Source: Catajapyx aquilonaris
Taxonomy: Eukaryota
Reading direction: 5' to 3'
Assembly: GCA_000934665.2 (NCBI GenBank)
Contig: JYFJ02001620.1
Coordinates: 1-64,000 of the forward strand
DNA length: 64,000 nucleotides
The position numbers and the translations under genes were made by a program. This document shows positions 41,501-52,772 of the stretch, in pieces. Position 1 is the stretch's first letter. Every line of letters starts with the position of its first letter. A model generated the notes under the pieces. The model saw nothing but the letters and a program-made list of their open reading frames with translations. It ran no database searches and was not told the origin of the DNA.

Positions 41501-44500
41501 GCTACGTAAATCTCTTCCGGATCGAAAGGAGCTACGTCAGCTTCGTTGTTGTGGATCTTGTACAAGCAATCCAATCTGCAAAAATAAAACTTTGTGTAAG
41601 AGGGTTTTTTTTGTCGCCACCTGATCCAGCTTCCAGTCACTTTTTTTTGTGACTACCACCGTTGCCGAAGACTTTAAGTTCAAAGAACGCGTCTACTATT
41701 TCACGGGAGACACGTCGGATTGTATTCCGGTTTATGCAAACGATCCTCCTTCGAGCTACCCGAGAAACTTCACGCAAGGAGGGATAGGCTTGTTTTTTTT
41801 TGCTTAGTTGAGATGTTGTTACAACCATTCTGATCTCAATCACACTCGGATGCGAATTAATTGCGGAGTTTTGGAGGGAACATGCAACCTGTGATTACGT
41901 GCTGTTATGTTATTACATTAGGCCTAACAATGTTCGCCTCATTTAATGGTTAGAAAATTTGAACTGAGGGTAAAGAGCGGGCAAAAAAAACTAATCATTT
42001 CTTGACGCTTGCGAGAAAATTCAGATTACGCAAAGGTTTGCATTAGATGAGTAAATATACAAATGTAGCCCTACTATAAAGGGCATTTTATATTCAGAGT
42101 ATTAAAAATTCAAAAAAAGTAGGAGATTACAACTTTTTGCTTTCTCATCCTTTCATGTATAAGCAAACTCCTATGGGCGTTAACTTTGTTGGTAACTAAA
42201 ATTTAATTGTTTTTCCTATTTAGCTACTACGTAATTATAATTTTCAATAGTTCTGTACTATCATGGTCTAGTTACAAAAAGTCAGTTACAGTGACAACAT
42301 GAGTCCTCAAAAAATTAAAAATATGGCTTTAGTTGTTGCAGTATACGACGTGTGCTGTGTGTAGCTTGGGGGCTTACAGTAATTATGATTTCGTATGAAA
42401 TATTGGTATAACTCTGCGTGTGCTGTAACTTTCTCGCGCTTGCAAAGTAATTTAATAATCCTGGAAACGGACAGGGTCAAAAGGCTCAACACTGCTGGGT
42501 TGCCCGAGCTTTTCAGCGAATTGGGTTGGAGGAACCCTTAATAACTGGGCAAACAGGAAATTACTGACCAAAGTTGGATTTAATTAACCCATCCCCTCAG
42601 GTATGTGCACGCAGGATCTGAATTCATTCAACCGAATGCACCAGTTCAAAGATTTCCGCGGCCTAGATGGGTACTTTCGATCACGATACTTCCAAGACGA
42701 CCTGCATAAATTGGTACCCTTTTCAAACGAAGGGTACCCAAGTTTCAAGCAGGTTTGCTCAGATGGGTAAAGAACTGGTTACAAGTTTTGAGTCCAACAT
42801 GAATTATGGTTACTGCAAATCAACAATGATAGCAGACGCAACTATAGCATGACAAATGTGGCTATCAAACGAACTTTTAAATTAATTTAAAATTATTGCA
42901 ACAACTGCAGCACTGTTCCCGCTGTTAAAATAATTCTACCCATTTTATTAAGGAGATAGCTGGGAGAAATTACGACATGCTTACTCCAGCAAACCAGTTC
43001 AAAAAGAACAAACATTCTGCACTTTGAACTGGTTTCTGGCCCGGGTAAACAATCCATAACTTTTCATTGTTGAGCCCTGCAATTCGCATAAAATTCGTAC
43101 TATTTAAGTGCTATTTATGCGCTAATGAGCAGGAAACAGCCTGGATGCTGATCTTCCCAGTTGGATCATGTAAACACTTAATAAGTTATTGCTCCCCAAT
43201 GTAAAAGACAGCTAATGCCTTGACCTTGCCCACATCGCATGTGTATCCGCCATTCACATGTCCCCTTACAAATTGGATGGCATTAATCTTTGTCTTTGTT
43301 TCTGCAAAGCCGGCAATTAAGCTATACAAGCCCCGACTCCCTTTCCCTGCACGAAGTTCGGAGGCTGCAGTGGCGATTGTTGTCACTCACTTGTCTCTGG
43401 CTGGGACGCACTGCAATCTGGTTCCGTCCGGAGGTGTGGCCGAGGTGTCCACCATCATCTGCTCACATTGGGTGTAGTACTCCTCAGGCACGCACAGACG
43501 ATCTAAAATTACAGAGAAAACCATCGTGCACTGTTCCCACAAGTCTTATTGTCATCTCATAACTCCTGTCATATTTAAGGTCACTGAGCAAAAACCGTAT
43601 CCAGCCGAAGCCAGGCTTATTTTAAAGCGCGGATTATTATTGTGCGGTACAAAAATATTGTGTGCTGAAAATTTTTAGATAGCTGCTCTCGGCATGAAAA
43701 ATGTAGCGGAACAGATCTGGAGACGTGGACACGTCCGAAGAAATCCTGTCTCACGAAGCTAAAGTGGGTTCTTCTACAGGTGATCCGTGACATCATTTCC
43801 TTCCTTTCCTTAATTTTTCCCACGGTGCCCGGCAGCCCAAGTGGAAACCCGGTCTTGAGCCCGTTCCTGAGCTGAATGCGTTATTAAGGCAGCAAGAGCA
43901 ACACTATATCGAAGAGCCCCCTTTTTTCACTTCAGGGTTGTCCGTTTTATACACTCCGATTTACAGATACATGCTAAGGGGATGGGCGTGGGCATGTTTA
44001 TACCGGTGCAATGCAGCTTTTTTTTTAAAGGTGTCTCTTGCTTGAACGCATCCTCATCATCACCTGGGACTCAAGGGCGGCATCGTTTGAGCACCTGCAC
44101 AAGTCCTTGCGAGGCGCAGTCGAAACTCGTTAATCAGCAATCAAATTCATGGCTAATGCCAGGGATGTCACGTTTATCTACTGGGCTCTGTTTAAAATGA
44201 CGATTTGTTGTCATAGAAGCCCCATCAACTCAAATGGAAAATTCTGCTTGGCTATACATTGAAAGGGTGGGGTGTATCAACAAATATTAAGCAAAATTTT
44301 GCATTAGGAACATTGCATGAAATAACTAAAGATTGCGTTCATACTGTACAACTGGACTTAAAAGTTGTTTTATTACAATCAAGAATACTTTTTGACTATA
44401 CATCCCACACCATTCCTACAAGTCTTATAATTGTCATCTAATAACTCCTGTCATATAAGGTCACTGATGAGCACTAGAACGACAAAGATTATTGTTGTGC

Positions 44501-44907
44501 TACAGATATGAATATATGTAGTACAAAATATGACGGGTTTCTTTCATTTGCGCTCATACAACGATTTCTGCCCACAAGTTTGACTTCCAGTTATCTGCTG
44601 CCCTGTCAAATTCACCGGAATAAAAAAAAGTCGGCTCTGCAATGTATGCTTCTCCTTGTAAACATACAGACGTAGCATTTATTCGAATATGAGATATCGA
44701 AAGGTCAGCTTGAAAGGCTTTGCCATGCTAGAGATACGTGCCTAAGATTAAACATTAACTCAGCATTAAGTTGCAACCAATATTTCGATTCTTAAACTCA
44801 CATTTTCTGTTGCGGTCGAATCCTGAGCCGGTCCCGAAGCATGCCGCCCCAACAATGAGCAACAATGGCCAGCACGAAGCGCAGCACTTCTTGTACATGT
44901 GCTTCAT
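35590..44907 (-). CDS. Tf-D: canonical arthropod Tsf1-type transferrin with both lobes ligand-competent and a C-terminal GPI-like signal; 15 exons
   Basis: Signal MKHMYKKCCASCWPLLLIVGAACFGTGSG; YRLCVPEE...CVPARDKLDCL. N-lobe: FDPEE, RYEAV, SCHTGFGRTTGW, YAGYIGTLRCL, GRPWTAF. C-lobe: IALDAG, SYYAVAV, SCHTGYGRTAGW, FYSYTGAFRCL, RVPAHKV. Ends IRNCNGALGLCPTYWTILPVIIAMMARLV*. Confidence 0.95.
40939..41200. mobile_element. Non-autonomous hAT-type MITE (262 bp) in Tf-D intron 3
   Basis: Terminal inverted repeats CAGGATTTCTCAA ... TTGAGAAACCTTG (11/13 match), flanked by a perfect 8-bp target-site duplication CTATAGAC at 40931-40938 and 41201-41208. Confidence 0.85.
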
Positions 44908-47647
44908 CTCGGTTGGAGAGTTGAAGACAGAAGCTGCCGCGCAACCACCCTCGCTCGACTACCACTACTCATGAGACTGCCTCAGGCTCAGGGGTATAGA
45001 GAGAGAGGAGAGGAGGTGGAAGAGGAGAGAGTAAAAGTAGAGGGGGGGTTGGTTTGGAGGAGAATCAGGAGGTTGCAGTACGGGGGTGGTGGGGAGGACT
45101 TGCTTTGCTCCTTTTTTTTGTGTGTGTGTACAGAAAACACCGGCAGTGAGATGCCCTAAGGTAATTTCGATACCCTTGGCTCAGGTTTAGGTACTCGAGG
45201 TAACAAAAAGTTGGAGGGACACTTGGAGCCTGTTGATAACTTTTCAAAGTGATGGGGCTGATGACCGCCGCAATATTGCTAATAAAATGCGACACCTTTT
45301 TGACTGTCCTAGACTAACTAGGTGTTTCGTAATACAGTAATAATTCGGACAAACATGTGTAGGATGATTTCATACGGACCAGAAGATCATTTTATGTGGT
45401 GTCATTTAGTTTTCGAAGAGTCGTTAACTGAAATAATGGGCGTACAAGTAAAACACAATGCATGTGAAATATCCTGGCAGGTATGAATCCCTACATGCGG
45501 CCTCGCATTTCAACTGAAAAATTTAATCAGTGTTGCTATGTTTTAGTAATCAATAGCAATTTCATTATGGGTAGCAGGCAATGACTGAGAGGATGGAAGT
45601 GGTCTATTACAGTACCGACAAACGCTATATGAAAATGGCAGAATGTGCTATTAATCAGTGCTAATTAATTCAGTAACGAGTAAATCGTTACAGCTCAGAA
45701 TTACAGTCAGGTAAAAAAAATAGTCTCGACAATACCTGCATATGTGAATCGATATGGTGCAAGCATTTTAAAAAAACATTGCGATGAACTATATACAAGC
45801 TTACTTTATTTTGTTGCGCAGAAGCCTATATATAGCAAGAACCTCATCAATGATGTCATGATAAGGGTTGTATTCAATAAGAATATGGACTGTTGCCATT
45901 TACGCACTAAAAATACTGTTACTTGGCTAATTTCAGGACTATCGTTCAGTGATATGCATATGAGCAGAGACATTTCCAGTCCAATGTCATCAGTGGATCA
46001 TGACCTAGTTACATCGATCAATACGCAAGAAAGAATTTCTTGGAAAGCATTTATCTCTGTTTGGCAGAATATTTCAATGACGTGGCCTAGAGGTCACAGT
46101 CATACAATGTAAGTTTTGCATATTTCACTTACCAGCAGTTGGAGAAAACTAGAGAGGAGTAAGGGGCCAATAACCACATTTTTACTTTCACCACAAGTTT
46201 TATCAAGTGACATTAATTGAATATAGGTGAGAACGAAAAGTAGGTTCCAAGTCCACTTCTCTTAAATTGGTTGCAAAATATTTTCCACATGCTGCGTATG
46301 TCCATATTTTTTCACGTTCCCAGTCCAATTGGATACCACAGAAATGAACGATCGTGAAGAATATTCCAGAACGGCAAGGGCTCTTGAAGTTCATATTTTC
46401 CATTCATTGCATGGCGAGTATCAGGTTATGAAAAAAGCTCCAAAACGGCCCAGGTCATCTCGAAGGCCAGTGATAGATAGAGGAGCATGAAGGTCACTTT
46501 TTCCATGTTCAAAAACGATGTCGCGTTAAATGGGCACGATATATCGTCATTATTATGATAGGTCACATATTTATGAATGCAGTTTTGGTAGGCTACTCCA
46601 TACCAGAGCAATTAGTGTTTTAAAAGTTTAAAATATTTTGTCCAAGATAAACACTTAATTGTCATTCGAGGGATTTTTTCCGGAAATAAAAAGCGTGTCG
46701 GCCTGGCTGAAGCTGCGAAAATATTATTTTGCTATATTGAGATACTGTATACATAATTATGTGCCAATTTGAAAGTCATGAGAACATCTGACTATGAGCA
46801 GTACGTGATGTCATTCATAACTTTTCGAAAGGCCATCTGTTGCTGCATTTGGCTAATTTACAATTATTTTCTCACTCGATTTCTCCCCTGAATATTTACG
46901 CTGCAGAACACGATGTGTAGCAAGTTGGACAAGTGGAAAGAATGAAAAGGACCAATGCTCAGCAACGTAATCACATTACCATTTTACAAACTCTATTCGT
47001 ATTTAGATGTTAGATGGTACCACCGGATTTTAGGTCTTTTATAGGCTCCTCCAGGTTATCATTTTTATCAAGTCTTAGTGCGACACTCATTTTGCCAATT
47101 ATAATAATGCGTTATGGTTCATGCTTAGCTCAATTAAGAAAATTCTCCCACGACCTTTTCAAAGACATTGTCAAATTATAGCAATTATTATTATTGTACA
47201 CTTGTAGAGCCTGTAAGAAAATTCGATATTTCCTGCCCCTTTCTCAGCTCGAGTGTCTTGATCGCACCGCTCATCATACCACTTTCAAATGCCTGTTTTG
47301 GATATTTAAAAGCTGAAAGTCTTTTACATATTTTATTTTCATGTAGACCCACTTCCAACTTCATATTCATATGGGTTCACCTATAGAGGAGCTATGCACT
47401 AAAATTACCGACGTTTTTAAAGGCTTAGTAACAACACCGATAACACCTTGTTTTCCGGTCACAATACATTGCATACAAATACACATCTTTTGATGGTAAA
47501 TAATAATAATAGACAAACACATCCTGTACTGCTCTTCAAAGTACAGTAAAATACTAGAGCAACAAAATCTGGCAATGATCTAGCTGAGTATAGCAGGAAA
47601 CTCCAAATGACTTTCCCTCAGCTGCGCTGGTTGTCCATAGCCTATAC

Positions 47648-47649
<2 letters not shown>

Positions 47650-47714
<65 letters not shown>
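47650..47714. repeat. (AAT)n microsatellite, ~21 units
   Basis: Perfect TAA/AAT run. It explains the poly-Tyr ORF at 47580-47786. Confidence 0.97.
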
Positions 47715-47963
47715 TAATGTTCCCCTCTCTGAATTATTCTTCTCTGGGGCAATTTCATTACGTATAATGTGGTAATAGCACATCAATAAATCTCACTCTT
47801 ATATGGCATATTTGCAAACACATCAATAAATATTACATATACCGCCACAATATGCAAAGCAACAGTTTAAAAAATTGAGCAACACATATTTTTATATCTT
47901 GCCTGTTTCGCATCACATTTAAATAAATCTAGGAGCTAACTGGTACTTATGATAACACCACTG

Positions 47964-50860
47964 TTATTCCTTCTTGTTGCAGAATTCTTCCGGCTTTTGA
48001 TCCGTTTGGCAGATGAGTTTGGCGCAATTTTCGAGGGAAAGAGCTTGACCGACACCTGCACATGATAAAAACAGCACAAAATATTTGACGCAAATCCAAA
48101 AATAAATTGCCCTTACCATTTCCTTCCTCTGCGTCGTTCTTTTTGCCTGGAAAAAAAAGACACAGCATGAGAAGCATTTGTTCCCAGGTCGGATTGTCAA
48201 AATAATTGTGTTCCTCCAAAAAATAATTGCGACCATCATACTTACCGTATTCTTGAGGAAAGGACACTGCCTGTGGGTCACTCTCAGTGGAATACTCCCC
48301 GTCCACTGCCACCACCTTGAAGATGTACACCTGCCTGGGTACCAGTCCTCTGAGGACCACGCTGTCCTCAAACCTCTTGGGCTCGCTCTTCTTGTACTCG
48401 GTCCGGTCACTCCTCCTGTACATCACATAAAATCTGGACCCGCACACCCCTTTCAAGTTGGGCAACCAAGTGATCTTGACCTCCGCCGTGTCGTCCCTGG
48501 CAGACGTCAGCTGTCTCCAAGTGAAGCCGGGCTTGTCCGGTCTCAGCATCGCGTTTGGCCTGTCGCTCATGGTGCTTTTCTCGGTGAACTCGCCAAACCC
48601 TTCCCCTGCATTGTTGCTGGCCTTTATTGTCACCCTGTACTTGGTGTCCGGTTCCAACCCACCGAGTATGGCGCTGGTTTGATTCGGAGCAGCAGGAGGA
48701 TTCCGGATGTGACGAGGACCGATGTAGATCCCGTTCACGATCTCGTAGTAGATCGTGTACCGAGTCAGGACACCGTTTGGTTCCTTGGGCTGTTTCCACA
48801 CCAGGTACAATGCTGATGAGCCAAGAGGATAGGCGTCCAGGGAGCTGACTGGACCTGGAGGACCTTCAGGTGTGTAGAAAGAGATGGTCTTGCTTGGAGG
48901 ACCGTCGTATTTCCGGTTGTAAGCCAGTACTCTGAGGTAGTTCTTGCAGTTTGGAGACAGGTCGTGCACCGTCGCTTCGTTCACATCGCTCTTGATCAGT
49001 AGCTCACGCACGTTTCCTTCTCCGTTCTTGTCTGTCCATATCTGAATCTGAAAATATTAATCAAGAAAATGCCATTACGTCGTATTTTCGCTCATCAGGC
49101 GGTATGACTCGTATGACAAACCTTGTATCCTTTGAAGTATCCACGGACTGAATCGCGGTCGACCGGATCCCACCTGATGCTGGCCGTTTGTCCGTCGATG
49201 ATGTTGACCAGGGTGACATACCTGGGAGGGTCCACAGGTTTCCCTTCACCTGAGTATCCAATAACCTCTCTGGGCTTGGCTCTGGAGGGACCCAGCTCAT
49301 TTATGGCTATCACCTTCACCCTGTACTTCTTGTACGTCGGTTGGCTTGGTACCATCAGGCTGGACACTGTCCAGTCGTGGATGTCCGCCACTGTCCAGAG
49401 TTCCCCAGGGATGTCCCTCCGGAAGTACACGCGGTAATGGAACCCAGGTGCACCATGCTGGTCTTCAGGAATGGGCTGAAACAATTCCAATTTACATAAA
49501 AGTACCCTGTATGATGATAAATACTTACGTCCCAAGTGATAACCAAATTGTCCGGAGCCGTTCCTGCGGCACGCACCACGTCCGGGTTCTTGTCCGGAAC
49601 TTTGAGAGGCGACTGACACGCATCTGAAGACGACGAGGGTTCAGACGCCCCGACCTTGTTGATGGCGATAACCCGGAAGGTGTAGTTGGTCCAGGGCTTC
49701 ATGGGTACGGACACCTTGTAGCGTGTCTCGCTGGGAGGTACGGAGTCGCTGTCTCCTATCCAGTTGCCAGGACTGGAGCTGGTGCTGTACTCTATCTTGT
49801 ACCTGAGTATGGGCGATCGGTTGTCTCCAGTCGGACGCCATCGGACTGTCGCGTCATCCTTTCCGCAGGTGAGTCCAGTCACCTTTGGAGGGTTGGGCAC
49901 GTCCTGTATGACCAGGCTCATGGTCGAATGGGCCTCGTCCAGTTCTGTGGATGCTTCGCAGGTGTATGACCCGCTGTCCCGCATCTTTGCCCGCACGATG
50001 AGGAGTGAGTTGTAAGGAGCTCGGGTCATTCGTTGTTCCTCTTCGAGGTCGATGGGCTGACCATTTTTGAGCCATCTGACCGTCGCGGTCAGAGATGGGT
50101 CGGTCACCACTCTGCATGCAAGCTGGACACTAAGTCCGACCGGAACCTCATAGTCTTCTGTTTCTAATATCCTAGTGCGCTCTGAAACATTTGACCAAAT
50201 CATTGCCAGAAGATTGACCATCTTTAAAAAAAAATTAGAACAATAAATATTGGTTTGTGTGATAATTTCAGTTGTCAAAAATTTAATTACTTCATGCTGC
50301 CAGTACTACACGTACTGTACAGTACAATCAATGCCGCACTTTATTCGATGTGTCGGATACTCTGGATACAAACTCACCTCTTACGATAAGTGATCCTTCG
50401 TACTGAGCAACACCCATAGAGTTGCTGGCACTGCATGTGTACTTTCCCGAATCAGAAGGCTGCACATCCCTGCATAAATAAACATCTCATTTAGGCAAAC
50501 TTGTCGAGACGAATAATGTCGGGACACACTTACCTGATTTTCAGATCACCTTCCGACTGGACCGTGTACCTACTTCCGACGAGGTTATGCCCGTCTTTCA
50601 GCCAAACAAACCGAGGCTTCGGATCTCCTTTGGCTCGACAGGACAATGTCACAGTTCTTCCGGCCACTGTCACCTCATCCTTCATGAGTTTTGTAATCAA
50701 AGGGGATGTTCCGTTTTTGCAATCATCTCCTGGAAAACAGTGTTTATGGCGTGGTAAAGCTCCATTAGAATTAACCTAGTGTATACTTACCATAAGCTGA
50801 GTGTCCCAATTGCAGTAGAACCACCAGAAGAATCGCAGCAGTAACAGTTCTGGGACCCAT
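47964..50860 (-). CDS. Secreted neuroglian/L1-CAM-derived protein, 762 aa: signal peptide + 2 Ig + 5 FN3 + short Cys-rich tail; no TM or cytoplasmic domain
   Basis: 8 exons with GT-AG sites and consistent phases: 50791-50860, 50534-50729, 50378-50469, 49529-50181, 49122-49475, 48246-49047, 48117-48146, 47964-48055 (2289 nt). Contains L1-family motifs DSGSYTCEASTELD, QDVPNPP, GDNRSPILRY, PWTNYTFRVIAINKVG, VPDKNP, GYSGEG, VRGYFKGYKIQ, FYTPEGPPGP. Confidence 0.9.
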
Positions 50861-52772
50861 CTCGACTGTGTCTTCTTCACTTGGCAGCCTCTTCCTTAGA
50901 TGAAGTCTCGTTGCCTCCTGCCAAGAGATGCTACGTCACAATTTTACCGTATTGATGACCTGGTAGGCCGTCTCGATGGTCCATTTCCAATCAGATCAGG
51001 TTCGCAACAAAAACTTTTATGGGAACGCACCACATAGTCTAGGTCATGAGGCTCACCGGCAAGGTGAGTCTGGTAAATGAATGGTTCCGCTTAAAAACAA
51101 GCATCTCGTGAAGGTGGATACTGAAATTTTCAGGCAAAATGATCGCCTAAATATTTTTTGCAACTAATATGCAACAGTTTATATCACGCAGCAATGTTAT
51201 GCATGGTAACGGGATTGCTGCAGTACCGGTACTTCCTGTTTTGCACTTAAAAATAATTATTCTATCATATTGTTTGTTTTGCCATTCTAATTTGCAAGAT
51301 CTTTTTTGTCACTTGAGAATCTCTTTTAAATCGCTAAAATGTTTCCCTGCAAGAGATATGAGAAATAAAAACTGTACCTAGCAGAATTATAGTAGCACAT
51401 AATTATCACGAGAAATTTTTCGATATAGTTGTATTTAGCTGACAATAATTCTGTTTGTACAATTATTGATATTAGCATAGCATTTTTCATGCTCTTTTGT
51501 CTAAAAACTATCAGAGGATCCATGCATTTCCATCAAGCTCCGCAAAACAGACGCAGGCTAATAATAACTCTTGATCTTCTGTAAGATCAACGCCTAGCAC
51601 TATAGTGCTATAGTGAATAAAACACTTCAAAATGTGGTTTGCACAATTCCTTGCAAGATCATGTAGCGGTTTGCAATCAAAATGCATCCATTATATAACA
51701 GGTTGACCGCGTGTGCAGAGAAGTAGTGCTGGCATCCATCCAAGTAACGAAAATCTATTACGTCTAGAGCATGTGTACCTTATTCAAATGCCACTAGACC
51801 AGCATTCCTCGGCGTATTCAGCAAAGAACACCGGCACAACGGCCACAACCTATAAAAAGTTGGTCTACTAGTGAATGAACAATGATGTTGAGGATGGTCG
51901 CATAACTGCACCCGAAGAAATAAAAACAATCTGGTTTTTATATAGAACATCCTGGTTTTATTTACGAGAAACCATACATGGCTACAAACAGCGTCATCCC
52001 GGCAAATGAGGGCATATTGAAATAATCATAAAATAATTCGCAAACACATACACCTGAATAAGTGATAAGGTTCACTTAAACTTTCATGCAAACTCACCAG
52101 TTTCTTGCGTTTGTCACGAAATATTCTCTTGAGATAGAAGCGTCGTGTCGGTCATGTTATTATCATATCTCCACGAGAAAACTCTAATAGAGCAATGTTG
52201 GTTGCCTAAATCGCAGGATCGCAAAAAAAACTGCATCAGCAATATATTATCCTGTTTCTTCCTCATCTAACAGGATTATAGAATATGAGTTTGTCTGCAG
52301 ATTGGGGAGCCACAAAGTATATTCGCACATTTTCTTCCATTAAATCTAAAATATTTGAGTTTCTGTTCTCCTAAAGCAATCATAAATAATTTGAACTTAT
52401 TTAAACTCATCAGTTATTCCCCCTAACATATCTGAAGCTGCAATTAAATTATTGCAATTATTATATGTGATTACTTGCTTTCCACATAGTAACTTGAAAT
52501 AGACAAAATGTAGTCAAACAAGTGCAAATAGTTACTGGTACAGTACTACTGTCAAAATCTACACAGAATATCTGTAGTAATTATGGAGATGGGTGCAGGT
52601 TGTCAGTAATGGGGTAAAATGCTTCTCTTTCATTTTTTATTATAAAAATAACTTCCAAATTGAAGTACAAGGTTAAGGGATGTGCCACTCTTGAGTACAG
52701 TTACTGATGTATTTTCTAATTTGAAGGTAACAAAAAAAACAACTTCACAAACAAAACCCTTTTGTTGCATCC

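Noticed and set aside
46203..46510. Signal-peptide-like MEKVTFMLLYLSLAFEMTWA on the minus strand, and a nearby exon-like + strand segment 45937-46108
   Set aside because: In-frame stops follow, no consistent splice partners were found and there is no recognisable homology.
47580..47786. ORF with a poly-Tyr tract
   Set aside because: Artifact of the (AAT)n microsatellite.
47947..48245. Unspliced read-through end of the 354-aa ORF (…EQMLLMLCLFF…) as a possible TM segment
   Set aside because: It runs through two canonical GT-AG introns and the hydrophobic stretch is too short; the spliced model is phase-consistent.
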